Shown here piece by piece: positions 31,719 to 40,649 of a DNA stretch of 64,000 nucleotides. Source of the DNA: an uncultured Actinomycetota bacterium (GTDB taxonomy: Bacteria > Actinomycetota > Actinomycetes > Actinomycetales > Microbacteriaceae); NCBI GenBank assembly GCA_963846615.1, contig CAWJWQ010000011.1, positions 173,140 to 237,139 of the forward strand. Reading direction: 5' to 3'. A program made the position numbers and the translations under genes. Each line of letters opens with the position of its first letter. The stretch's first letter is position 1. Below the pieces are notes generated by a model. The model saw only the letters and a list, made by a program, of their open reading frames with translations. It did no database searches and was not told the DNA's origin.

Positions 31719-32658
31719 CTACTCGACCGCCGGGATCGTGAACGTCACGCCCGTCTTCTCCTCGGCGAGCGCCCAGAGGTAGGCCGCCGAACTCCGGCGA
31801 GGCGCTGGAGGTGACGGGTGCGAGAGGCGTCGGTGGCCCGGTGAGCAGCATCCGCGCCGGGCCGAAGAACGTCCCGCTCTCCGCGTCGGGGTCGATGGCG
31901 GCGCGCACCGAGCTCCATGCCCCGTCGTCCTTGCCCTGGCCGACGATCGAGAACAGCACGATCTCGCTCAGCCGCCGCCAGCGCGGCTGGTCGGTCACGC
32001 CTGGCCGCTTCCCAGCGAGGCCGGTGACCGCGAATCCCGGATGGGCGAGCAGCGACTTCCGCGAGTCGCCCGCAGTGCGGAGGCGGCGATCGAGCTCGAA
32101 GGCGAAGCCGTGCACGGAATGCTTCGAGAAGGCGTAGGCACGAAACGGCCGGTAGCGCCGCTCGGACAGCAGATCGGACGGGACGAGCCGCACCATCCGG
32201 GTCGACATGCTGCCGAGGCCGACGACCCGGCCGGCGGCGGTGAGGGCGGGGAAGAGCTGTGCCGTCAGGGCGAAGTGCCCGAGCGCGTTGCCGCCGACGA
32301 GCAGCTCGAGGCCGTCGGCGGTGACCCGACGACGCCGGGGCGGGATCACCAGGCCCGCGTTGTTGACGAGCGCGTCGATCGGGCCGAGAGCGGCGATCAC
32401 CGCGGCTGCCTCGCGAATCGAGTCCAGGGAGGCCAGGTCGAGGTGCGCGAACCCGACGTCGGCGTGAGGAACGCGGCTGCGGATGGACCCCATCGCGGCA
32501 TCGGCCTTGTCGCGGGATCGCGCCGCGATGATCACCCTCCCGCCGGCGGAGGCCAGCTGCTCGCTCGTGAAGTACCCGACGCCGGCGTTGCCGCCCGTGA
32601 CCACGAACGTCTTGCCGGCCTGCGAGGGCAGGTGCCGGGGGTCCCACACCGCGGTCAC
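31719..32658 (-). CDS. SDR-family oxidoreductase. One frame break near the 3' end.
   Basis: Text reads KTFVVTGGNAGVGYFTSEQLASAGGRVIIAARS, VNNAGLV and YAFSKHSV. GTGA overlap with the chorismate mutase gene. Confidence 0.85.
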
Positions 32659-32978
32659 GAGGCGGGGTGCGAGTCCGTGGTGATCGATCCCGTCGCGAAG
32701 CGCTCGTGGTGGTGGATGACCTCGGCGACGACGAAGTTGAACCACTTCTCGGCGAAGGCCGGATCCAGCTGCGCCTCCTCGGCGAGGGCCCGCAACCGTG
32801 CGATCTGGGTGCGTTCGCGCTCCGGATCGGAGGGCGGCATCCCGTTCGCGGCCTTGAGTCGTCCGACCTGCTGCGTGAATTTGAACCGCTCCGCGAGCAG
32901 GTGCACGAGGGCGGCGTCGATGTTGTCGATACTGAGCCGCAGACCGGCCAGATCAGCGGCTACATCCTGCTCAGGCAT
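32655..32978 (-). CDS. Chorismate mutase (AroQ class). Intact 107 aa.
   Basis: Text reads LAGLRLSIDNIDAALVHLLAERFKFTQQVGRLKAANGMPPSDPERERTQIARLRALAEE. Confidence 0.85.
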   Translation of the reverse strand: MPEQDVAADLAGLRLSIDNIDAALVHLLAERFKFTQQVGRLKAANGMPPSDPERERTQIARLRALAEEAQLDPAFAEKWFNFVVAEVIHHHERFATGSITTDSHPAS

Positions 32979-33046
32979 GAAGCGAGACTACCGGGTGTAC
33001 AGCCTTGTCTGTCCCCACAAGTGGGAGGGGTGATAAGTCCTCAGGG

Positions 33047-33082
33047 GGGTTCCCGAGGGGGTGAGAGCGCGGGTTAATGGAG
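33047..33082. promoter_or_regulatory. GGGTTAA-family array R1: three 12-bp-phased units (GGGTTCCCGAGG, GGGTGAGAGCGC, GGGTTAATGGAG)
   Basis: GGGT starts fall at 33047, 33059 and 33071. The array sits between the divergent chorismate mutase (start 32978) and LuxR (start 33183) genes. Confidence 0.5.
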
Positions 33083-33182
33083 GAAGTCGTACGCACCGGG
33101 TCCTCTCAGCCGGTGATCCCCGCCGTACCGACATCGGGCTGCTTGCCGCACCCAGGTCGGTCATCCCCCTCAGGAGTACCCG

Positions 33183-35723
33183 GTGCCGAACCCGCTTCAC
33201 CACGGCATCCCGGTCGCGCGCGGACCGATCGCCACCACCGCGTTCTCGCCTCCTGCACTCGACACCCGCATCACGATCGTCCCCGACCTGCCGCTCGTGC
33301 CCGTCCGCGCCGTCGTCGCGACCGCGCTCGCCGCCGACAAGAGCGCGCGCGACATCGTCTGGGCGGAACTGCCCGCAGCGCCCGCCGACGACCGTGAGGC
33401 GTGGGACGCGATCCGCAGCGCGCTGGCCGCGGCGACCGGGTCCCCTGACGGCGGCGAGCCCGATGAGGCCGTGGCCGCTCAGCTCTCCGCTCTCAAGCGA
33501 CCGCTGCTCCTGGCTCTCGAGCTCGCGCCGGGCGTCTCGCACGAAGTCGACGCAGGCCTGCTCGCGCTGCTCACCGACGCTCCGCACTTCTCGATCCTCG
33601 CGATCTGCTCCGGTCGCCGCATGCTCGAGGTCATGGGGCGTGGCGAGCACGGCGCGCAGCTGGTCTCCCCGGTATCCCTCGTCGTCGAGGCGGCCGAGAT
33701 CCGACGGTTCGCGGGCAAGCTCGGCGTGAAGCTCAGCGACGAGGACGCGCTCGCGCTCGCCCACTCGCCGATGATGCTGCCCGACGTGCTGCCGGCGGTG
33801 ATCGCCTCCGCGAGCCTCGAGGAGATCGAGACCCAGGGCGACGCCGTGTCCTACCTCCTCGACGAGTGCGAGAACTATCTGACGATGCGGTTCCGCGCCT
33901 CCTCCGACGGATCGGTGACCGGGCTGCTGCCGCTGGCCGTGCCCTCGACGCTCACCGCCGACATCCTGGAGATCGTCGCTCCGGAGATCGCCGCCCGCAC
34001 GCCGCTCGACCGGGCGGCGCTCTCCCGCATCATGATCCGCGAGAGCGCCGCGGGCGACGGGCGTTACCGCATGGAGCCGATGCTCCGCCGCATCTTCATC
34101 CTCGAGCTCAAGCTGCGCGACCCCGCGCTCGCCCGACGGCTGAGCTCGTCGCTCGGCGAGCACTTCCGCGAGCGCGGCGAGGTCTTCGAGTCGATCGCCC
34201 ACTTCTCCGACGCAGAGGACTGGGACTCGGTCATCGAGACGCTCGACAGCGAGATGTTCCGGCTGCTCGCCGAGGATCCGCTGCGGGTACACGACGCGAT
34301 CCTCGCGCTGCCCCGCAAGGTGCGCGACGACAACCCGCGCTTCACGCTCTGCCTCGAGGTCGGATGGCAGCCGCGCGAGGGGCTCGCACAGGCGTATCTC
34401 ACGATCGCCCGCCGTGCGGCCGGCATCTTCGCGCGGCTGCCCCGCGAGATGTCGCCGTGGGATCTGCTCCACGTGCTGCTCATCAAGTCCATCGTGTTCC
34501 GGCTCAAGGGCGACTTCGCGGCTGCGCTCGAGGCGGCCCGCGCTCTGGACGCGCTCCTCGACGGCGATGACGACATCGCCGGACGCCCGATCGGCACGCT
34601 CGCCGAGGCGCACTACCAGTCCGGGATGACGCGGCTGCTCGGCCTGGACATGGTCGGTGCCCGCGAGAGCTTCACGCGATCCTTCACGCTCACGCAGAAT
34701 CGCGGTGAGGCAACCGACACGCTCGCCGAGCGCGCCGCGGAAGCCACCGCGCTCGTGCGTGCGCTCGAGGGCGAGACCGATCACGCCTCCACCTGGCTCG
34801 GTCTCGTCGCCGAGACATCGCTCGGGACCGCGGGTCTCGTCGCGCACGCCCTGATCGCGATGGGTCGGCTCGAGCCGGCCGAGGCCCGGCACTGGCTCGC
34901 GTCGCTCGCCGATCCGAGCACCCACGACGAGCTCTGGCCGTTCGCGGTGCACGCGGCGAACCGGTACGGCCTCTACTGGGGCGACCCGGTCGAGACCGAC
35001 GGCGCGCTCGACCGCACCTGGGCGGAGCACGGCGAGCAGCTGGTCGCGGGATCGACCGCGCAGGTGCTGCTCACCAGCGACGCCGCCGACCTGGCGCTCC
35101 TGCTCGGGCAGCTGTCCCGCGCTGAGGCCGCTCTCGACGGGGTCCCCTCGCGCAACACCTGGATCGCCGTGCCGCGGGCGCGACTCGCGCTGCTCGGCGG
35201 CAACCCCAAGCACGCGCTCCTCTTCATCCTCGAGGGGCAGCGCCGCGGACGCACCGAGCGGTACGGGCAGCTCGACCTCGCCGTCCTGCGCGCGGCTGCC
35301 GAGCTCGCGCTCGGTCGCGAGGACGACGCCACGGCATCCCTGCTCCGCGCGGTCAACCAGGCCGACAAGTCCGGCGTGATCGTCGCCTTCCACCTGCTGC
35401 CGCACGAGACTCTCCAGTCGCTCGCCGGTCTCTCGCCCGAGGCTGAGCGCTTCGTCGAGCGGCACGACCTGCAGGGCACCAGCTATCTCGCCCCGTACAC
35501 GGCCGTCGCCGGTGCCCTGAGCGAGCGCGAACTGATCGTGCTGCGCGCGCTCGAGCCGGGGGCGACCGTCGAACAGATCGCGAAGAAGCTGTTCGTCGCG
35601 TCGAACACCGTCAAGGCGCAGCTTCGGTCGATCTACCGCAAGCTCAACGTGTCGACGCGCACCGAGGCGCTGCTCGTCGCGGCCGAACTCGGCCTGCTCG
35701 ACGCGGACTCGCGCTCCGCGTAG
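33183..35723 (+). CDS. Large LuxR-family transcriptional regulator (MalT/LAL-like architecture). Intact 846 aa.
   Basis: The C-terminal HTH reads LSERELIVLRALEPGATVEQIAKKLFVASNTVKAQLRSIYRKLNVSTRTEALLVAAELGLL. A long helical, TPR-like middle region precedes it. I could not find a GxxxxGK[ST] P-loop. Confidence 0.85.
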   Translation: MPNPLHHGIPVARGPIATTAFSPPALDTRITIVPDLPLVPVRAVVATALAADKSARDIVWAELPAAPADDREAWDAIRSALAAATGSPDGGEPDEAVAAQLSALKRPLLLALELAPGVSHEVDAGLLALLTDAPHFSILAICSGRRMLEVMGRGEHGAQLVSPVSLVVEAAEIRRFAGKLGVKLSDEDALALAHSPMMLPDVLPAVIASASLEEIETQGDAVSYLLDECENYLTMRFRASSDGSVTGLLPLAVPSTLTADILEIVAPEIAARTPLDRAALSRIMIRESAAGDGRYRMEPMLRRIFILELKLRDPALARRLSSSLGEHFRERGEVFESIAHFSDAEDWDSVIETLDSEMFRLLAEDPLRVHDAILALPRKVRDDNPRFTLCLEVGWQPREGLAQAYLTIARRAAGIFARLPREMSPWDLLHVLLIKSIVFRLKGDFAAALEAARALDALLDGDDDIAGRPIGTLAEAHYQSGMTRLLGLDMVGARESFTRSFTLTQNRGEATDTLAERAAEATALVRALEGETDHASTWLGLVAETSLGTAGLVAHALIAMGRLEPAEARHWLASLADPSTHDELWPFAVHAANRYGLYWGDPVETDGALDRTWAEHGEQLVAGSTAQVLLTSDAADLALLLGQLSRAEAALDGVPSRNTWIAVPRARLALLGGNPKHALLFILEGQRRGRTERYGQLDLAVLRAAAELALGREDDATASLLRAVNQADKSGVIVAFHLLPHETLQSLAGLSPEAERFVERHDLQGTSYLAPYTAVAGALSERELIVLRALEPGATVEQIAKKLFVASNTVKAQLRSIYRKLNVSTRTEALLVAAELGLLDADSRSA

Positions 35724-35729
35724 CCGCGA

Positions 35730-38376
35730 CTACCGGGTCTGCCCGTCGTCGTCGCGCGGGTCGGAGAACCGCGGGTCGGCGGCACGGCGGTCGGGGAGTC
35801 CGATCGGACGCAGCACGGTGTCTTCGAGCCGGTTGTCGAGCACCGACTCGAGCTCCCGCTTGTCGTGGGCGAGCTGCTCCCGGATGCTGACCGCCAGCCG
35901 CTGCTGCTCGCGCATCAGGCGGTCGTGCGCGACCCGCTCGAGTTCGCGGGAACGCAGCTCGTAGCTCTCGCGCGCCTGGCGCTCGGGGTTCGGCCCGGAG
36001 TCGGTCACGGCACCCTGACGTGCGGCCCGCACCTCGACCCGCGGGAGTCCGCCGATCTCGCCGAGCAGGCTCCCGGCGACCGCGACGGTTTCGCGCTCGC
36101 GCTCGGGGGCGAGATCGGCGGTGTCGGCGGTGTCCGGCTTCCGCGCGGCCGTCGAGAACCTTCGGGGGGATCGTCGACGAGGTCGGGGCGGGCAGGATGT
36201 GGCGGATCGGCGGCGGGATCGTCGCGGCCTCCTTCGCGTCCTTCTGCATCCGGATGGAGACGGTGTTCACGACCGTGCCGGTGACGGCGGGCTCGCGCAC
36301 CCTGCCCTGGGTTCCGATCGACGGGGCGGGGGCGTTGGCGTAGGCCGACGCGACGCTGGGGGTCAGCTTCGACGGGTCGGGGGCGAACCGCGACGACCGG
36401 CCTCGGCGGATCCGGCCGGATGACGATCGGCCGCTCGACGACCTTTTCGATGGCGCCGGGCGCGACTGCTCGATCTCGGGCACGATCGATCCCGCGCGCT
36501 GCTCGTCCGCCGTCGCCGTGGGCAGTGCGGCGAACGCGAAGTCGAGATCCTTCGCCGAGGTGAGGCTGTGCTCGACCGACGTCGGCAGAGGCTCGGGCTT
36601 CGGGGGCGTGGATGCGGCGGGCACCTTGGCGGGCTTGGCGCGGGCTTGGCGGGAGCCTTGGCGGGCTTGGCCGGCTCCTGCGAAGCCTCGAGCTCGGGCG
36701 GCCACGGGCGCCGCAGGGTCGGCCAGGTGGGTCGGCGCCTTCTCGACGACGGGCGGCGCGACGGGCTTCGGCTCCCGGGGCCGGCGGCACCTCCACGACC
36801 GGCTGCCGCCTCCCGCGCGGCGGGCTCCGCCGCGCGCCGGCACGTACCGGGGCACGAACTCGGGTGCCGCCGCGGAGACCGGCAGGTCGCGCCGGCGAGC
36901 GGGGCCGCGACCGAACAGCCGGCGGCGGGGAATCGCGTTGAGCACGATGCCGACCGGGATGCTTCCGCCCGACGCGAGCAGCGAGAGGGCGTCCTCGAGG
37001 CGCGGCCGGGTCGTGGTTCCCTCCGCGAGCACCAGCAGTGTCGAGCTGTCGAAGGAGCCGAGGACGGCCGCGTCCGTGACGGCCGAGATGGCGGGCGCGT
37101 CGATCAGCACGACCTCGAAGCGGCGGCGGAGCTCCGCGACCAGCTCGCGCATCGTCGGGGTGGCGAGCAGCTCGCCCGGGTTCGAAGGGCGAGCGCCTGC
37201 GGGCAGCACCGTCAAGCGGCCGCCGTCGCTGCTCTGCAGCGCAGCATCCAGAGACGCCCGGCCGGCGAGCACCTCGGTCAGCCCCAGCGCGCCGTGGATG
37301 CCGAACAGACGCGACAGAGCTGAGCTGCGCAGGTCGGCATCCACGACGACGATCGAGGTCGCCGTGTTGGCGAGAGCCACGGCGAGGTTGGCGGTGATGG
37401 TCGTGCTCCCCTGCCCCGGCCCGGCGGCGGTGATCACGAAGCTGTGCCGTCCGTCGCGGGTGCGCAGGTGGTCGATGTGAGCACGGAGGGCGCGGAACGC
37501 CTCCGCGATCGGAGCACCCGCCCCGCTGCGGGCGACCAGCGGCGTCGTCCACACGGTGCGGTCCGCCGGGATGTCTCCCAGGATCGGGATGCGGGCGACG
37601 GCCGCGATGTCCTTCGGCCCGCGCACTCGGGTGTCGAACGCCTCGCGCAGCGACGCGGCGAGGAGGCCGACGGCCAGCCCGAGGACGCCTCCGACGAGGA
37701 GCAGCAGGCCGCCGTTCGACGGCAGCGGCGCGGTCGGCAGCGCGGCCTCTTCGATGTTGACGATGCGCACGGGGGCGATCGGCTTGCTGATCGGCACCAC
37801 CGTGCCGTTGGGCAGCTTGGTCGTCGACGGGGTCGGGGTCGGCGCCGCGCCCGCCGTGGCACCGGGGGCCGGGGTGGGGTCGACCGTCGTGCCGTTCGTG
37901 GTCTCGAGCTGGTTCGCCACGACGTCGCTGAACTCGGCGCTCACGGCGTTCGCGAGGTCGCGCGCCAGCTCGGCGCTGGCCGCCGTCGCGGTGATCTCGA
38001 TGATGAACGTTGCCGGTGGCGCCGTCACGGTGATCTGCCGAGCGAGGTCCTCGACCGTGGTGTCGAGCCCGAGGTCGTCGATGACCGGCTGGAGCACGAG
38101 ACCGCTGGATGCGACGAGCACGTAGGAGGCGATCCGCGACTCCGTGAAGTTGCTGGCCTGCAGCCACTCGGTGAGGTCGCCCGAGGTCTTGTTGGTGACG
38201 AGATCCCGCGAGGTGGCCGAGTAGCTCGGGCCCTCCATCGACTGGACGGCCGCGCCACCCAGGAGTCCGAGCACGACCCCGAGCACGATGAAGACCAGGC
38301 CGCGGCGCAGTACGCCGAGATACTCGTGGACGTCCATTGGGGGGATGGCTCCGGGGGGTGCGGGTTTCCCTGCCAC
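35730..38376 (-). CDS. Wzz-type chain-length determinant fused to a BY-kinase-like P-loop domain, with a long Pro/Ala-rich C-terminal extension and a coiled-coil tail. Frame break(s) near 36100. The start may instead be 38337.
   Basis: Text reads MDVHEYLGVLRRGLVFIVLGVVLGLLGGAAV, second TM LLLLVGGVLGLAVGLLAASL, FVITAAGPGQGSTTITANLAVALA, VVVDADLR, EVVLIDAPA and TLLVLAEGTTT. The tail in ORF 35730..36032 reads ERQARESYELRSRELERVAHDRLMREQQRLAVSIREQLAHDKRELE. Confidence 0.8.
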
Positions 38377-38452
38377 GCGGGGGGAGGACAGGTGTCTTCA
38401 GGCTAGAGAATCCGGGCCTTCTCCGACCCCGGAGGTTGCGGTGAACGCCTCA

Positions 38453-38486
38453 GGGTTGTTCGGGGTTAAGGGACGGGTTAAGGGAC
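38453..38486. promoter_or_regulatory. GGGTTAA-family array R2: GGGTTGTTCG followed by the exact tandem GGGTTAAGGGAC x2
   Basis: The exact 12-bp direct repeat lies at 38463-38474 and 38475-38486. The TTAA at 38478 supplies the TAA stop of the flippase gene. The array is 90-130 nt upstream of the Wzz/BY-kinase start. Confidence 0.55.
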
Positions 38487-39768
38487 CGTGGCGGGCACGG
38501 GCTCGACCCGTTCCGAGGGGGTCGGACTCGGTGCGGCGTCCCGGACTCCGCGCAGTGCGCTCCGCAGTGACAGGTACTGCCACACCGTGACCAGCAGGTT
38601 TCCGCTCACCAGCGCCCACACGGCGAATTCGGGCGCGAACGCCTCCACGAGCAGCAGCGCGACCAGGGTCACCAGCACTCCGACGGCGACGCTGAGGGCG
38701 ATCGTGCGCAGCCTCCCGAAGGTCATCAGCCCGATGTTGGTGAGATACGGCGAGACGATTGCCGTGGTCATGTTGATCCCGAACGCCATCGCGGCGGCGA
38801 CCGTGAAGGGGACCTGCCCGTGCGTGAGGAAGTCGCTGAACGACGGGAGGAACACGGTGTAGAGCAGCCCGCCGACGACAGCCGTGGCCAGCGTGACGGC
38901 GCCGGCGACGCGCATCCGGCGCACCAGCTCCGTCCCCGGATGCGGCGGGCACCCAGCCCTGGAACATCTGCAGCAGCGGCGAGACCGCCATCGCCACGAA
39001 CTTGCCGAGCCGCTCGGCCAGCACGAACATCGGCAGCAGGACCGGGGACAGCAGCGCGATGATCGCGAGCGCCGCGGGCATGTAGGCGGCGAGCAGGCCG
39101 GTCGCGACGACGCCGTGACGTTGCTCGACGAGGCTGCCCCAGATCCGCTGCCAGCGGGCGGCGGCGCGGAGGTCGAGCGGCTGGCCGCGAAAGATCGCAC
39201 CGCACGAGACGAGCAGCGCGACCAGTGCGCCGGCAAGCTGGCCGATGGCGAACATCAACAGCTGACCGGTGGAGGCGACGGCGATCACGCCCGCGACCGT
39301 GCCCGACACCCGCGGCACGGTTTCGAGCAACAGGAACCGGTCGGGGCGGCTCTCGCCGGTGAAGTACCAGTTCGCCGAGGCGCCCGCCATGGTCATGGCG
39401 GTGCCGGCGATGAACGCGACGAGCTTCTCCTGCGGCACGATCGCGAACGTCACGGCGGCCTGGATCGCGAGCACGGGGATGAGCAGCACAGCGCGGGCGA
39501 AGAGCGAGTCGAGGAACATGGCGGGCCGCCGCGCGGCGTCGGCCATCGCGATCGTGACCGGGCCGGTCAGGCCCCAGCCGAAGATGACGAACACGCCGAA
39601 CGATGCGCCGATCGCCTGCCCGGTGGCCATCGACGCCCAGGGGTCGGCGCCGACCACGGCCACGATCACGGGGATCGAGATCAGACTGACCGTTCCGTTC
39701 AACAGCACCGACAGGCCGAACAGGCCGATGCCGCGCGAACGCTCCACGAGCCCGGTCCGCCAGTTCAC
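38478..39768 (-). CDS. Wzx-like polysaccharide flippase (MOP/PST family). One frame break near 38930.
   Basis: The protein is multi-pass and hydrophobic throughout. Text reads GLFGLSVLLNGTVSLISIPVIVAVVGADPWASMATGQAIGASFGVFVIFGWGLTGP...ASANWYFTGESRPDRFLLLETVPRVSG. Confidence 0.75.
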
Positions 39769-39777
39769 GGCGTCATC

Positions 39778-40647
39778 TCAGCCCGCCGGGCATGCTCGAG
39801 CGCTCGGGAAAGCCTGCGCGGCGAGCTCGAGCACGTCGCGCAGCATCGCCGCGCGCACCTGGGCGCCGAACAGGGAATGGTCTCCGAAGGGGTAGTCGGT
39901 GACCCGCAGATCGGCACCGCGACGACGCAGCCGCTCGACGGCGCCGGGGCCGCGGTGGTGGGCGAAGTTCTCGGTGTCATCCGGCGTGAGCATCAGTGCG
40001 ACGACGGTGCCGGGACGCCGGGTCGCCGGCTCGAGCAGCGTCTGCGGGTCGTGGAAGAGCTGGAGCCGCGCGGCGACGCGCCAGACCCAGCCGGGGGTGC
40101 GTTCGCGGATCCGCGCCTTCAGTTCGCGGAACGGCATCCGACCCTCGATGTCCTGCCGGGTGAGTTCGGCGTACCCGTCGGCGGGCAGCCCGTGCAGCTT
40201 GAAGTACGTGGGACTGAGCAGGACGGTGAGCCGGGTCGGCCGGAGATCGGCGATGCGGGCAGCCACCCAGGCGCCGGAGCACAGCCCGACGTGGGCGATC
40301 GGGACGTCGGCCGCCAACTCGCCCACCAGCGCATCGACGTCGTCGATCCACGCCTCCGCGAAGATCAGGTTCGGTTCACCCACCCGCACCGGCGTGCTGT
40401 CGCCGGTGATGCGCCGGTCGAACCGGATCGCGCGGATGCCCCGGGCCGCCAGCTCACGCGCCGCGACGACCTGGAAGCGGCCGGGCCCGACGCGGTGCTC
40501 GGCGGCCCCGGGCTGCAGCACGACCACACCCGCCTCGGCGTCTGCCTCGTGGTGGTCTTCGCGCACGCTCTCGATCGCGAACAGGCGCTCGGGGCCGAAG
40601 CGCAGCAGCCGCTCCACGACGGCCACGCCGTCGGGCGCCGTCGCCAC
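39778..40647 (-). CDS. Alpha/beta-hydrolase-fold module 2 (nucleophile elbow GLCSG). It may be fused to module 1.
   Basis: Text reads GVVVLQPGAAEHRVGPGRFQVVAARELAARGIRAIRFDRRITGDS and IAHVGLCSGAWVAARIA. The 289-aa frame is intact and paralogous to module 1. Confidence 0.7.
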   Translation of the reverse strand: MATAPDGVAVVERLLRFGPERLFAIESVREDHHEADAEAGVVVLQPGAAEHRVGPGRFQVVAARELAARGIRAIRFDRRITGDSTPVRVGEPNLIFAEAWIDDVDALVGELAADVPIAHVGLCSGAWVAARIADLRPTRLTVLLSPTYFKLHGLPADGYAELTRQDIEGRMPFRELKARIRERTPGWVWRVAARLQLFHDPQTLLEPATRRPGTVVALMLTPDDTENFAHHRGPGAVERLRRRGADLRVTDYPFGDHSLFGAQVRAAMLRDVLELAAQAFPSARACPAG

Positions 40648-40649
40648 CC

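Noticed and set aside
32988-35465. 825-aa minus-strand ORF antisense to the LuxR regulator
   Set aside because: Its composition (runs of R, G, E, D, A, V) and the lack of any recognisable motif argue against it. The plus strand ends in a canonical LuxR HTH.
36005-38406. ORFs 36005..38167 (minus strand, alternate frame) and 37444..38406 (plus strand) across the wzz/BY-kinase gene
   Set aside because: These are off-frame or antisense shadows. The 35644..38376 frame carries the TM segments and the P-loop fold.
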